Origin: Amphiscolops sp. MND2022
Lineage: Eukaryota
DNA length: 64,000 nt
Reading direction: 5' to 3'
Assembly: GCA_964187785.1 (NCBI GenBank)
Contig: OZ076421.1
Location: forward strand, 51,212,001 to 51,276,000
Below the pieces are notes generated by a model. The model was given only the letters and a program-made list of their open reading frames with translations. It had not been told where the DNA came from and made no database searches. The translations under genes were made by a program, and so were the position numbers. Shown piece after piece: positions 13,901-27,690 of the stretch. Within the stretch, counting starts at the first letter, position 1. Every line of letters begins with the position of its first letter.

Positions 13901-15781
13901 ACTGGTGAAAAAACCCGAAGCAGCAAAAATAGCCGTTTGCTCGCCCAGTGGCGAGAAAAATTCCGTTGTTTCAGTCTCGATTCAAACGAATTTCTCTATA
14001 TGGACGAAAAACTTGTCATACCGAATTTACTGCGTCCTATTATTTTACGAAGCGTCCATTACGGACACCCGGGCCGTGGCAGCATGCTGGCAACAGTAGC
14101 AAACGTATGGTGGCCACGACTCCACAGAGAAGTGGTAGGAATCGCTCAAACCTGCCAACAATGCAAAACCGCGGGTAAGAACATTAAACCTTTACTACGG
14201 CACAGGCAAATAGGAAAACTACCGAGATGCACTGAAATTAATCAAGAAATAGCAATAGCTTTCGCGAGGCCATTTCAAAACGCAGTAGGAGCCAAAAAGT
14301 ATCTATTAGTCTCAATACACCAGTACAGCGGATGGCCGGAAGCACAATTCCTAAGAAAAACAAACAACGAAAAGGTAATCGACTTTTACAAAAAGTGTAT
14401 AGCAAGGCAAGGAATCCCAATAACAATTAGCACCGATCTTGCCATAATTTTTAGAAGCCAAATATTCAAAGAATTTTGCAAAGAATGGTACATAAACCAC
14501 ATAGAATGCCCAATAAAAGACCATAGAGGAAACGGAAAATAGAAAGGCTAATCCGAACTATAAACGAAAGACTAAGAACGAATAAGGAAACAATAGTAAC
14601 GAAAGATAAAGAAGGCCTCTCAGAAAAACTGTTCGCGCCCAGAATGAACCCATCAGCTACGAAAAAATCGCCTTTCGAACGGCAAACAAGTCAAGAACCA
14701 AATATAATTTAAAAAAATAATCACTAACCACAAACAGATTATTTCAGACAACCAAGAAGTCAACATCAAAAACGACAACTTAGAATCTGGCCAAGACTCC
14801 GCAATTATGGTCAGGGAGAGAGCAAGAGGGACAAAAGTAGAAGGACTGTACAAAAAGAGGAAGTGTTTACATCTGGAAAACAGCAACCACACAATAACCC
14901 AGCCGGTCGAACGCAATCCACAATAATCTCAAAACAAGATATTGGGCAGAACGCAAACGAATATAAGCCATGCTGCTCTAAATGGAGCAATACGCAAATA
15001 AACCAACAACCACCCACCAGTGAAAAGAAAAATAAAGTGGCGATTGAGAATAAAACGCCAACCCCCTTTTTCGATGCACTAGAAAGCGAATTGATTGGAC
15101 AAAGCGACTTAACCAAATACGTCAACCCAGAAAGCGAACAAAAAACGCAACACAACAGCCAACCATCACGCTCAAATATACAATTGGAATGGGAAAGCCA
15201 AAACGCACAGCCCACCTAACCATGATTGAATTGAAGAAAAGAGCACAAGAGCGCAAAGACAGAAACAACAACAAAATCTAAGAAGGGATAAGGCCATTCT
15301 GAAAAAGTTGGACACCATTATCTCAGAAGAGGAACTGGAAATAACAAACAACCCCGAAAGTGACAATCACCACAAAAAAACCAATCAAAAAGAAGGGAAA
15401 CAAATAGAAGAGAAAACTAACAACGAGACGAAAGAGAACACTTCCCGCAGAGGTGAACGAAGCCGTTGCAAGCCAGACTTCTATGGCCACAACGTATTGG
15501 TCTCCCAACTGTCCCCTAGTCCTACAAAAGAAGAAGAACATTAAACATATAACTTTAAATTAAACTAGAAACATTCAAGTGATGTAACCATAATACATAT
15601 ATACCAAAGTATGTACAACCGTTTGTAAATTACTGGGTAGTATATTTAACCAGTATACTTTTGTGTTAAATCGGGGGGTGTGGTAGAGCGCATGCTCTAG
15701 CCTAACTCAACCGTAGTTGTTACTGGTTGTTAGTAAACACAACCATTGAAAAGAGGATTCAGCAAAAGATCATTTGCCACA
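10925..15781 (+). mobile_element. Decayed Ty3/Gypsy (Mag-like) LTR retrotransposon, 5'-truncated
   Basis: Gag with CCHC-type knuckle (CRNCATLGHYARM), protease MIDSGS (~11650), RT with FIDD (12578-12589), RNase H remnants, integrase HHCC zinc finger (HYGHPG..CQQC) and core (13937-14542); many stops and frameshifts; PPT and 3' LTR present. Confidence 0.93.
15679..15781 (+). repeat. 3' LTR (103 bp) of the first Gypsy element
   Basis: Begins TGTGG, ends CCACA; immediately preceded by GGGGGG PPT (15673-15678); no second copy found in the window. Confidence 0.7.
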
Positions 15782-16199
15782 TGGTCTATTGAAATGAACA
15801 GTTGCATGAATTCAAGATAATCCACATCATTGTTTTCACATTACCATTCAGCCAGAGTTAGTGTTATCGAGCTCTTTCACAATATGTATCGTAATGAAAG
15901 TTGCCGGTAATCGCGTGCGAGTAGAGTGACCATTTACCACTTACCAACGTTATAAGATCTAGTTTGAGTAATCAAGATTGCAAATCAAGAATATTGAATC
16001 TTTTTTTCTGTTCGAAAGTAAAAACTTTTCAGCTCTCTACTATAGTTTAAAAATATCGAAATCATTTCATTTCTATTTTTGTTACAGTTCTCTACTTAAA
16101 ATTTTGCCAGAAAGTTGATTTGAAGTGGTTCATCTTGAATAGGTGCATCTTTATACAGTCCTACAAGAACACACTCCTAGGTTCTATATGTTCACTCAC

Positions 16200-17237
16200 A
16201 AAAGTAAGCTTTGATTTTGTCTGAGAGAAGTCGTTTATGACAAAGTTGAACTTTCGAATACTATTGTTGCTCTAAAAACCGTAGAAACACTGAGTACTAC
16301 CACAATTTGATTAGGTATCTGATCAGAAAGGAATCTATTATTTTTTTGAAATTATTTTGGAAGTCGCTGAAGTTTTTGTCGGGTTGGAACGTTTACAAAA
16401 CTCGGAATTTACTACGAAAAAAGATGAATCTTGACTATAACTTTTTTCTTGCGTTTTTCTTGCTTCTTTCAGTTGCCAAAGCTTAGACTTGAACTTGTAG
16501 TTGTAAACCATATTCCGACTTGAACGTTTCAACCTGAGATAGTTTCAAAGTTGCCAAAAATGAGAATACCAAAAAGATTACCTCAAGAGTCCAAAACAGT
16601 TTCTTCAACACTTAGCGTATTTTTTCGTGTGTCGATTGTTGTGCACTTTTTGCGATGATTTTTGAAAGTTTAAGGATTTACTAAACAACAAGTTCACGAG
16701 AATACTCTATTTTTTGTAACTTTTCAGTCCATTTTCCTGAAATTTGAATTTACTTTTAAATAGCAAGGTTTTCTTCTTTATCCATTTTCATCCAATTCCA
16801 TCCAAATATCTGTGCTAAAATAAAAACAACCTTTTCCTTTTAAAAAAAACGAAAAACAAGAAAACCTTGATTTTTGGGTCGTATTGACTCAATATTTGAT
16901 ACCCAAAAATGAGGAGGTATTGTCTAATACTTTGTTGAAAATGCCAAAACTGCTGTTTGTTTAAAATGCTTTTTTCGAGTGTGCTTCTTAATCTAATTAC
17001 TGTAAAAGGTTAATTTGAGAAGCACGCTCGAAAACAGCAGGTGTGTAAAATTGAGGGGGTAAAAATGAGGTGTGTAAAATTATAAATTATTCGGTTGAAA
17101 CGTTGCAAACTTTTATTGGGGACCATTTGAGAATTTTTGTTCAATCAAGCGCATCATCTTGGGGACAGCTCGGAGCCATTGGTCAGCCGATAAGTTATCT
17201 AAGAAAAATGAAAGATTGTTTGATCAACTTATGCCAA
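16200..17237 (+). repeat. ~1.04-kb duplicated block, copy A
   Basis: Collinear with 26646-27690, roughly 90-95% identity in sampled stretches. Confidence 0.9.
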
Positions 17238-18983
17238 GGTTCTTCACCATCCACACTGATGACGTCAACTACAGCTGGAAGTGCATGGCAGGCTTCATAA
17301 AAAAATACCTGGCATTTTCAACAAGGTATTCCGGCAGAAAAATAACAGAGGTACAAACTGACAGAAAAACTACTTTTAAACTCTCTCAGGTGCTGCTAAA
17401 AAAACGGATGCAGATAATCGGACTGGACGTGCATATTATGGGAGGTTTATGCGAGTTAATTAACGTGGTTTGCAGTTTTATGGACGTGTCACTTGAAGAG
17501 ATATGATGTTCGTGGCCTGAGAGTCGAAAAAACATACAAACTACTTGTTCTACAAGCTTAATTACTAAGACTCAATCTTGTTATGAAAGATGATGAACAA
17601 ACGAATTTGTATCACAAATAAACTTATCAACTGGCCAAAACATGTACTTAATCCACTACTGTACTCAAGTGCAATGTACGAAAATGTTTGTACCTTCAAT
17701 GACATCTTTGAATCCGCTTTTCTGTTTCTCACAATTTTTTTTTTCGTTTTTTAAATCTACATGACCAACTAAAAACACTTTTTTAAAAGAATGATCACCA
17801 CAAAACTTCAAATGCATTGAATTTTCGGAACTTCATCTGTTCAGCAAGCTTGTTCAGACGTGGGTTTATCAATAATTTTTGACTGATGATGTAAAAAGTG
17901 AACCTCGAAAAGAACATCTGATTTTTTTACCTTTCTTGAAAATTTTCCAGACAAAACTTTCGTTTCTAGACGTTACAATTTACATGCGTTCTAATAATAG
18001 TCCAGACCAGAAAACGCCATGGCAAAAACTGCATGATATTCATGAGCAAAATTCATTGAAAACCAAGAAAGTATGTAAACTCAAATGATCACGTCAAAAT
18101 TGTGAGAAACAAGACAAACGCAACAACAAATAGTTTCAGTGCCAACTTCAGTGCTAAGTTTAGTTCCAGTTAACTTATTTTGATCCCCTCTCTTTTCTAA
18201 AATCTAATTTTCAGTTATGCAATAGCGAGAAGTGAACATAATTGAGACGTAAAAATCTAAAACGTTCCCCTGTGCTTAAATGTCAGAGAGAGAGATTCTC
18301 AAGTTTAAAACAATTCTTGAAATAAACCTTACTAAGTCGTTAATGATGAAAAAAAACATGAAACAAAAGCTTGAAAAAATTAATTTTTCTCGAAAACAGA
18401 TTTTTTGCACAAATGAATAAAACGTTTTGGGAAAGAGATGTGACGTTTCACTTGGAGACCGTACAATTTTCATGCGTTTTAATAGCCGGAATAGTACCTT
18501 TTGGTTGAATGTCAGATATTTTCAGGTTTAGAAAAAAAGGAGAAACTTAATCCTTAAGTCCTTTTATGTGCTCCATCACAAAAGTTTCCAATAGTGTCAA
18601 ATTTTGAAACTAACAGAGTTCAAAAATTTTCAAAAACGTTAGAAACAAAATGAAGAAGTGATCACAAAATTTTACTCCTGATAGTGTCAAAAAACCCTGT
18701 TTCTCTGAAGGAAAAGTATATAGAAAGCAAAGCAGGGAACTTTTGATTAATGGGAAAAACTTCAAAACAGTCGCATAGAGATGAAACTAGTGCAGGACTA
18801 TTACTTCATTTGCCCAAACACAACTTTTGAGACATTTCTCATTGGTCCAATAGTATGGAAAAAATAACCTAGACACAGAAACTCCTTCGTACGAAATTGC
18901 ACAGTGGCAAAAAACCCCAAAAGTGCCTTTCTGCAACCCGCTTATTTTCCTTGCTAGTATTCAAATATTTACGTTGGTTTAGA

Positions 18984-19177
18984 TGTTACATGACGATAGA
19001 AAAAGTCGTCTAGACCAATTAGACAGTACCTGCCGACAAGAACAACTCTTTTTCTAGATGATACAAACTGTGCTATACTGTTATACAATTTAATTTTTGC
19101 ATACGATACAAGTTACTATTGATATTGGTTAATTTGATTTCAGCCTACTTATCAGACTTTTCCCCTAGTCTATTACA
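18984..19177 (+). repeat. 5' LTR (194 bp) of the second Gypsy family
   Basis: TGTTACA...TATTACA; followed by PBS TGGCGCAGTC (19178-19187, tRNA-Ser type); 176/194 identical to 24704-24897. Confidence 0.93.
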
Positions 19178-22100
19178 TGGCGCAGTCATAAAAAGAACTA
19201 TCAAATAATGAGCACCGACCGCAACATGTCTGAACAATCGGGACAATCCGAACAATCGGGAACACAAAATCAAACAACAACGATGGAAAGAATGGAAAAG
19301 AACAAGTACAAGATCCCAATTCTATCAGACCGGGAGACAGATTTAACAAAAACGAACACATGTGGTGGGAACAAATATCGGAATACATTGATCTCACATA
19401 CCACAAAAATCTGGAAGATTTGATGAATCACGGAACTGAAGGTATGGATGCCCATACAATCTACCACCTAAAGGGTGATGTCATCTGGGCTCTGGGCCCA
19501 AAAGCAAAGCACGAAATCATGAGAGGCCAAGGGGGCCGAGAGCTGAAAGATGTCAATATCCAAGAATTATTGAAGTTATTCAAAAAGACGTTCATGCCCG
19601 TCCGAAATATATTCCACAGCAGAGCACACTTCTTTAATGTAAAACAGGAAGATGGCGCGACACTTGATGACTATTAGAAAAGACTGGTGGACATTAGAAA
19701 AGCGAGTTCAACCGAATACCACCCGAAGAAATCATCACATAAAAATTTTCGGCAACAATCAACGATAAAAAGGCCCGGGACAATTTTATCAAAGGCCCGC
19801 TAGAACAACGAACTGTTCTAGAAACCATAGGGCTCGACAAACATAACCGTAAGTACGGCGATAAAAAACCAAGAAACAAAAATTCTAAGAGGACTTCCTC
19901 AAACAGCCTCTCCAACGGAGAACAAGTCGCCTTCACCAAACCAGTACGGAAGCGGAGACCGCTAGACACCGAAAGAAAGAAGCCACCAACCCGAAAATGT
20001 CACTTTGTGAGAAGCCCAATTGGACACCGGAACACAATTGCCCGGCACGGAAATCACAGTGCAATATTTGTAAAAAGACCTGACATTTTGCCAGTGTTTA
20101 CAAAAGCCCTACCGTGAACCGTGTACACGAAGAAGACAAAACGGACAGCAACACCGAGCCATGGCCTTAAGTGGACCACATTCAATCTACCAACGGTGTC
20201 AACCGGATAGACGACTTTTACAAAGCAATCCTATTTGTGGAGGGACAGCCAATAGAATTCATTAATGATACTGGATCTCCAATCACCATTATTCCGCCGA
20301 TAATTATTCCGAAGAAACTGACAAAGACCACAAAATGTTTTGTGGACGTTAACAAGAACCCAATCAATTTCAAGGGCGAGGCATTGGTAGAAGTCAAAAC
20401 AGAAAAAAAGCAGAGTTATGCTACCAATCCTTATAACTGAGAATAATGACACACAGCCACTACTGGGCCTTGATTGTTTAGATAAGCTGGAAATCGGATT
20501 AAAAGGTAACCGGAACACGAATATAATCCAAAACATACCTGTAGACCAGAGAAGTACAAAAATTCATGCCGAAATAGAGGATTTGTTCAAAAATAATCAT
20601 TCAATAAAAGGTCTGATAATCGACATCCAGCTGAAAGAAGACGTCAAACCCATCCAACAGAAAGGGAGACCCGTACCCACTTCCAAAACAGCATACGCCA
20701 TGAGTTAGAAAAGTTAATCGAAAAAAAAGCACCTGGAGAAGGCAGACGGAATGACCGCAAAAGGCTTCATTTCACCATCAGTAATGACGATAAAGAAAGA
20801 TGAATTGGTCCAACAAGCCCTAGACTCAAGAACGTTGAATGAATCCAGCATAAAGAGAAAGGCTGCCATGTCAAACTAGGAAGAGTTGATCAGCAAAATT
20901 TCCGCAGAGATCACTAAAAGCAACGGAGAAATATGGATGTCGAAAATCGAACTAGACTACGCCTACGAGCAGGCTAAACTATCCAAAGAAGCCGCAAAAC
21001 ACTGTGTATTCTCCGTAATCGGCGGTAACTTTACCGGCCACTGCCGTTTTAAGAAAGGCTTTTACGGGCTGTCGGACATTCCAACCGTCTTCCAAGAACA
21101 TATCGATAAAGTATTGGAGTTCAAAAGGCCAGTGTGGTTAGATGACATTATCTGCGTAACAAATGGCTCAATAGATGATCACGAACGAGAACTACGAGAC
21201 GTATTGTCCAAACTGGAGAAGGCTGGGTATCGCGTAAGCGAGAAGAAGACCGAAATGTTCAAAAAGGAACTGACACGGCTTGGCTATCACATAAACCAGA
21301 ACGGAGTAAAGCCAATAAAAGACACGACCGCAGCAATAACTAAGTCGACTGCCTCGAAAAATGTGAAGGGGGGCTAAATTCATTTCAGGACTCGATTCAA
21401 CATCTGTCCAAAATTTTAAACAATCTCTCCATGAAAACAGACAGAATGCGCAAACTGCTGAAGACAGACTCCAAATGGGAATGGACGGCCGAAATAAATG
21501 ATGACTTTGAAAATCTAAAGAAGGAGATAACCGAAGCCCCATGCCTGGCACATTTCGATCCAAAGAAGGATAACTATGTGACTACCAACGCATGCAACAC
21601 CGGTCTGGGGGCCACGTTGTGGCAAAAAGAGGGGGTTTTTGGACCCATTGCTTTTGCTAGTAGGTTTTTAACCGATTGTGAAAAGAAATATGCGATGAGT
21701 GAGTTGGAATTAGTGGGAGCTTTGTGGGGGTTAGAACACTTTAGATACTATGTCTACGGAAAAAGAGTAATTTTGATAACGGATCATCAAGCGTTACAAC
21801 CGTTGCTAAAACGCAACCGAGCTCACAAACAGTATAGTGCAAGAATAACGCGTTGGCTCGACCGCCTAAGCCTTTTCGATGTGAATGTTCAATACACCGC
21901 CGGTGAAATAATTCCGCTGCCGGATTAACTAAGTCGCCATCCATATCAAACTCCGACGAGTCCGAGATAAACGACGAAACATTCCGTGAAGAAGAGACGG
22001 AAGCCGAAGAAGAGTTCGTCATATATCAAATATACGGCTTATTTGAATTTAACCGAACAATCGGAAGTATTACGCAATTCATCGATCGAACTGCGGCGTC

Positions 22101-24703
22101 GCAGCAAACCGACCAATCACAACACGGCAAACAATTATGCGAGCAGCATATAAACGGTCATCCATTTTAAACTTCATTGAACAGCGTCAATTTAGTCAAT
22201 TCACTCAGCAAGCAACCGCCAAAAGCCAAAATGTATAAAGTGAACGGCATTGAAATGGAGTTTATCTTCAAAAAGAGGGGTCTTTCCCCAGAAACTGCTC
22301 GATTACGAAAAGAGAGGAACCGCATTCTAAAGCCGGACAGACTGCGAATCCGAATCGTCGGAAGAGGACGGGAGAATGAGAGGTTGCAAGAATACCGGCC
22401 ATCGCAACAAGGCCGCAAGCAAGTGGAAAAGCTGAAAATCGAGATATACAATAGATTCTTCAACTACTGCCAGACACTTGGTACCACCCCCTCCCAGAGT
22501 ACCAACAGAACAACCATGAATCCTGGTTGAATAGCTCAGATGGCATTTCAGTCACCTACAACAAGAAAAATACCCGACGAGCGTATTGAAGAAATTCAAA
22601 AAACACGAGAGTGTAAACTTGATCCGGTTCAAACAGACGGCTAAACGAACCACCATGGAACTCGAACTGAAAGAAAAGACGGCCGAAGCGATTCAGAGAG
22701 CGGAAAAGAATTTCGCATAAGATCTTCCATTGCTGGTAGAAGAAACAGCCTGGGAAATGAAATTTCTCAACGGGATCTCAGCTCTGGAATCTAATCTAAT
22801 GGAGAGTATTTTTTACCCATACCGCCCCCACAGAAGCCACTTGTCTACACGATTTGGCCTGTTGTTTTACAACGACAAGGTAATTATCCCCGAGGCGATG
22901 AGGACGACCATGGTGGCAATGCTGCATGACGGACACGCAGCAATCGACAAAATCGGCAAGGCAGCAGAAGCTTTCTGGTGGCCAGGAATGTACCGCGAAA
23001 TCCAGGAGAAATCCGAAAACTGTCCTAGCTGCAGAGCTCCAGGTAAGAATCTTAGAACGCAATTACCAACCACGGAAATAAACCGTTTAGAGATGTTAAC
23101 CGAACTGAACCGAAAAATCCAATTGGATTCCGCCGGTCCAATAAAATCCAAAACGCGTGGCGATGTTCACATTTTGGTCGCCGCATACCGGTTTAGCAAA
23201 TGGCCCACCGCACAGATTTGTAAGAACACGGACACCCGGACCGTAATAAATACTTCAACGAAATTTTTATCGGACAACGGAAAACCGCGGAATATCCGCA
23301 CCGATAACGGTAGTTGTTTCAAAAGCCACGAATTTAAACAGTTTTGCGCCGGCGAAAAGATCAAACGCATACGTTTGCACACCGAACCTTCATACCGATA
23401 CGGGATTGGTCGAAAGGACCGTACGGACGACTAAGTCGTTAACTAGAGCTAATTTGGAGGACGGAATAACTTTTGAAGAGAGTGTTCAATTAGCAGTTAA
23501 GACGATCAGACAAACACCGCATAGCAAATTAAATATGACTACTTTCCAATTGCATTTCGGACAAAAACCGCACACGGCGATTACCAATATGATTGGCCAG
23601 CCATCATGCCTCCTGTCCAATTGGAAAAAAAACTGTAACCAAGCATATTTCAGCACAACCGTCAGAGCTCCAGGTGTTCACTATACACGATTCGGACGGA
23701 GAGATGGCCGACTATCTCGTCCTGAATGAAAGCAAGAAAAGACCCCGTTCGGTAGGCCAAAATTTTAAACAGTACCAGTTTTACGAAAAGCAGGAAAAAC
23801 CCATTGCTATGAAGTGCAGGTTTAAGGTAAACAAAACTCTAACGGCCGTGAAAGAAACAGGTCACACCATCAATACGGCCGACAGGAAAATATTACATAA
23901 AAAAAATACATAAAAAAAAAACTAGCCTCTAACCCTCTAAACTTTCTGCCAACGAAGAAACCTGAAGAACCTAGGAAGCCGACCAGCAGATGCCGCAGGT
24001 GCGGCAAATTTAGTCAGGGTGACTTCTGCGAGACCCACAAAAGGCTGATCTCAGAAAAGCTGGTAAAAGACGAAGCTAGTACGAGTAAGTCCTTCCCCAA
24101 AATGCCAAAACGTGATGCCGAAGAAGAGAGGACCGTCATCACGATAACAACGGACAGTCAGACGGCCGATGCGGAAGGAGAAAGCAACGCTGCGGACGAA
24201 CACCCCGAAGCAGACGAAATCACGGAAATCGACGCCCCGCCACCAACAACCGCCACAGGCGACACACTCACGGCCGAAACCCCGATGCCATCATCACCCA
24301 TCGGCTGCAGAACCGGAATAGGCACTCGAACCAACGGATGGGACCCCACGGCCACTCCGACGAAACCATCGGATACCACCGTCGAACCGTCGGAAGAAGG
24401 TAGAGGATACGGTAGGGGAGGGCCGTGTAGAATCCACTAAGGGAACGGATAAAGTCTTTAGAAACTCACCGAAGGAAAATCTCGAAATTAGGAGGTCTAA
24501 TAGGATAAAAACCGCCAAACGGGTAGAAAAGATGAGGGGCATAGAATATTTTTAATAACACCCAGTTGGTTTAGAGAAGGACGCGACATCACCTAGACGC
24601 ATCATGAAGGCCTTCAAAAAGCCCAAAGTGGACCAACAGGAGAAAGCCGCCACCAAGAACTCCAAAAAAAGGTTTCCCTGATTCTCCATCCACAAGGGGG
24701 GAA

Positions 24704-24897
24704 TGTTACATGAAGATAGAAATAGTCTTCTAGACCCATTAGACAGTACCTGCCGTAAAGAACAACTCTCTTTCTACATGACACAAACTGTGCTATACTG
24801 TCATACAATTTTATTTTTGCATTCGATACAAGTTACTATTGATATTTGTCAATTTTAATTCAGCCTACTTATCAGATGTTTCCCCTAGTCTATTACA
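24704..24897 (+). repeat. Shared middle LTR (3' LTR of copy 1, 5' LTR of copy 2)
   Basis: Preceded by PPT and followed by PBS-like TAGCGTAGTC and a second gag start (24928). Confidence 0.92.
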
Positions 24898-26645
24898 TAG
24901 CGTAGTCATAAAAAGAACTATCAAATAATGAGCACCGACCCCAACATGTCCGAACAATCGGGACAATCCGAACAATCGGGAACACAAGATCAATCAACAA
25001 CGATGGAAAGAAAGGAAAAGAACAAGTACAAGATCCCATTTCTATCAGACCGGGAGAGAGATTTAACAAAAACGAACCCAAGAATGTGGTGGGAACAAAT
25101 ATCGGAACACATAGATCTCAAATACCACAAAAATCTGGAAGATTTGATGAATCACGGAAGTAAAGGTATGGATGCCCATACAATCTACCACCTAAAGGGT
25201 GATGTCATCTGGGATCTGGGCCCAAAAGCAAAGCACGAAATCATGCGAGGCCAATGGGGCCGAGAGCTGAAAGATGGCAATATCCAAGAATAATTGAAGC
25301 TATTCAAAAAGACGTTCATGCCCGTCCGAAATGTATTCCACAGCAGAGCAAAGTTCTTTAATGTAAAACAAGAAGATGGCGAGACACTTGATGACTATTG
25401 GAAAAGACTGGTGGACATTGAGAGAAAATGCGTGTTCAACCGAATAACACCCGAAGAAATCATCACATACAAATTTGCAGCAACAATCAACGATAAAAAG
25501 GCCCGGGACAAATTTATCAAAGGCCCGCTAGAACAACGAACTGTTGTAGAAACCATAGAACTCGACAAATATAACCGTGAGTACGGCGATAAAAAAAACC
25601 AAGAAACGAAAATTCGAAGAGGACTTCCTCAAACAGCTCCTCCAACGGAGAACAAGTTGCCTTCACCAAGCCAGTACGGAAGCAAGCGGAGACCGCTAGA
25701 CACCGAAAGGAAGAAGCCCCCAATCCGAAATTGTCACTTTTCTGGGAAGCCCAATTGGACACCGGAACACAATTGCCCGGAACGGCAATCACAAAGCAAT
25801 CTTGCAAAAGCAAGACCGTGACCCGGGTACACGAAGAAGACGAAACGGACAGCAACACCGAGCCATGGCCTGAAGTGGACCACATTCAATCTACCAACGG
25901 TGTCAACCGGATAGACTTTTACAAACCAATCCTGTTGGTGGAGGGACAGCCAGTAGAATTCATTATTGATACTGGATCTCCAATCACCATTATTCCGCCG
26001 ACAATTAATCCGAAGGAACTGACAACGACGACGAAACGTTTTGTGGACGTTAACAAGAAACCAATCAAATTCAAGGACGAGGCATTGGTAGAAGTCAAAA
26101 CAAAAAAAGCAGAGTTATGCTACCAATCCTTATATCTCAGAATAAAGACACACAGCCACTACTAGGCCTTGATTGGACAGATTAGCAGGAAATCGGATTA
26201 CAAGGTAACTGGAACACGAATATAATCCGAAACAACTGTAGACGAGAGAAATACAAAAATTCATGCCGAATTTGAGGATTTGTTCAAAAATAATCATACG
26301 ATAGAAGGCCTGACAATCGACATCCAGCTGAAAGAAGACGTCAAACACATCCAACAGAAAGGGAGACCCGTACCCATCCACTTCCAAAACAGCGTACGCC
26401 ATGAGTTAGAAAAGTTAATCGAGAAAAGGCACCTGAAGAAGGCAGACGGAACGACCGAAAATTGCTTCATTTCACCAGCAGTAATAACCATGAAGAAAAA
26501 TAAATCGGTCCAACAAGTCCTAGACTCAAGAAAGTTGAATGAATCCGGCATAAAGAGAAAGGCGGCCATGTCAAACATGGAAGAGTTGATCAGCAAAATT
26601 TCCGCAGAGATCACTAAAAGCAACGGAGAAATCTGGATGTCGAAA
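24898..26645 (+). mobile_element. Second, 3'-truncated internal copy of the same Gypsy element (gag, protease, RT N-terminus)
   Basis: Collinear with 19178-20950; stops at ATCTGGATGTCGAAAA (IWMSK) where it joins block A'. Confidence 0.92.
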
Positions 26646-27690
26646 AAAAGTAAGCTTTGATTTTGTCTGAGAGATGTCTTTTATGACAAAGTTGAACTTT
26701 CGAATAATATTGTTGCTCTCAAAACCGTACGAACACTGAGTACTGCCAAAATTTGATGAAGTATCTGATCAGAGAGATCATTTTGGAAGTCGCTGAGGTT
26801 TTTGTCGTGTTGGAAATTTTATAAAACTCGGAATTTACTACGAAAGAAGATGAATCTTGACTATAACTTTTTTCTTGCGTTTTTCCTGCTTCTTTCAGTT
26901 GCCAAAGCTTAGACTTGAACTTGTAGTTGTATACCATATTCCGACTTAAATGTTTCAACCTGAAATGGAGCCGCTTGGTTTTGAAAGGTTTTTTGTCAAA
27001 AAAGTTGCAAAAGCTGAGAATACCAAAAAGATTACCTCACGAGTCAAAAACAGTTTCTTCAACATTTAGCGTATTTATTTACTGTGTTGATTGTTGTGCA
27101 CTTTTCGCGACGATTTTTGAAAGTTAAAGGATTTACTAAACAACAAGTTCATGAGAATACTCTATTTTTTGTAACTTTTCAGTCCATTTTCCTGAAATTT
27201 GAATTTGCTTTTAAAAAGCAAGGTTTTCTTCATCATCCATTTTCATCCAAATCCATCCAAATATCTGTGCTAAAATAAAAACATCCTTTTCCTTTTCAAA
27301 AAACGAAAAACAAGAAAACCTTGATTTTTGGGTCGTATTGACTCAATATTTGATACCCAAAAATGAGGAGGTATTGTCTAATACTTTGTTGAAAATGCCA
27401 AAACTGCTGTTTGTTTAAAATGCTGTTTTCGAGTGTGCTTCATAATCTAATTACTGTAAAAAGTTAATTTGAGAAGCACGCTCGAAAATAGCAGGTGTGT
27501 AAAATTGAGGGGGTAAAAATGAGGTGTGTAAAATTATAAATTATTCGGTTGAAATGTTGCAAACTTTTATTGGGACCATTTGAGAGTTTTTGTTCAATCA
27601 AGCGCATCATCTTGGGGACAGCTCGGAGCCATTGGTCAGCCATAAAATATCAAAGAAAAGAGAAAAAAAGGTTTGATCAAATTATGCCAA
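26646..27690 (+). repeat. ~1.04-kb duplicated block, copy A'
   Basis: Direct repeat of 16200-17237. Confidence 0.9.

Larger units (their letters stand above)
18984..24897 (+). mobile_element. Full-length but decayed Ty3/Gypsy (Mag-like) LTR retrotransposon
   Basis: LTR-PBS-gag (from 19208; two Cys/His motifs)-protease (INDTGSP)-RT (WLDD 21135-21146)-RNase H (ELELVGALWG, ITDHQAL)-integrase (HDGH..CPSC; IRTDNG)-PPT AAGGGGGGAA (24694-24703)-LTR; multiple stops and frameshifts. Confidence 0.95.
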
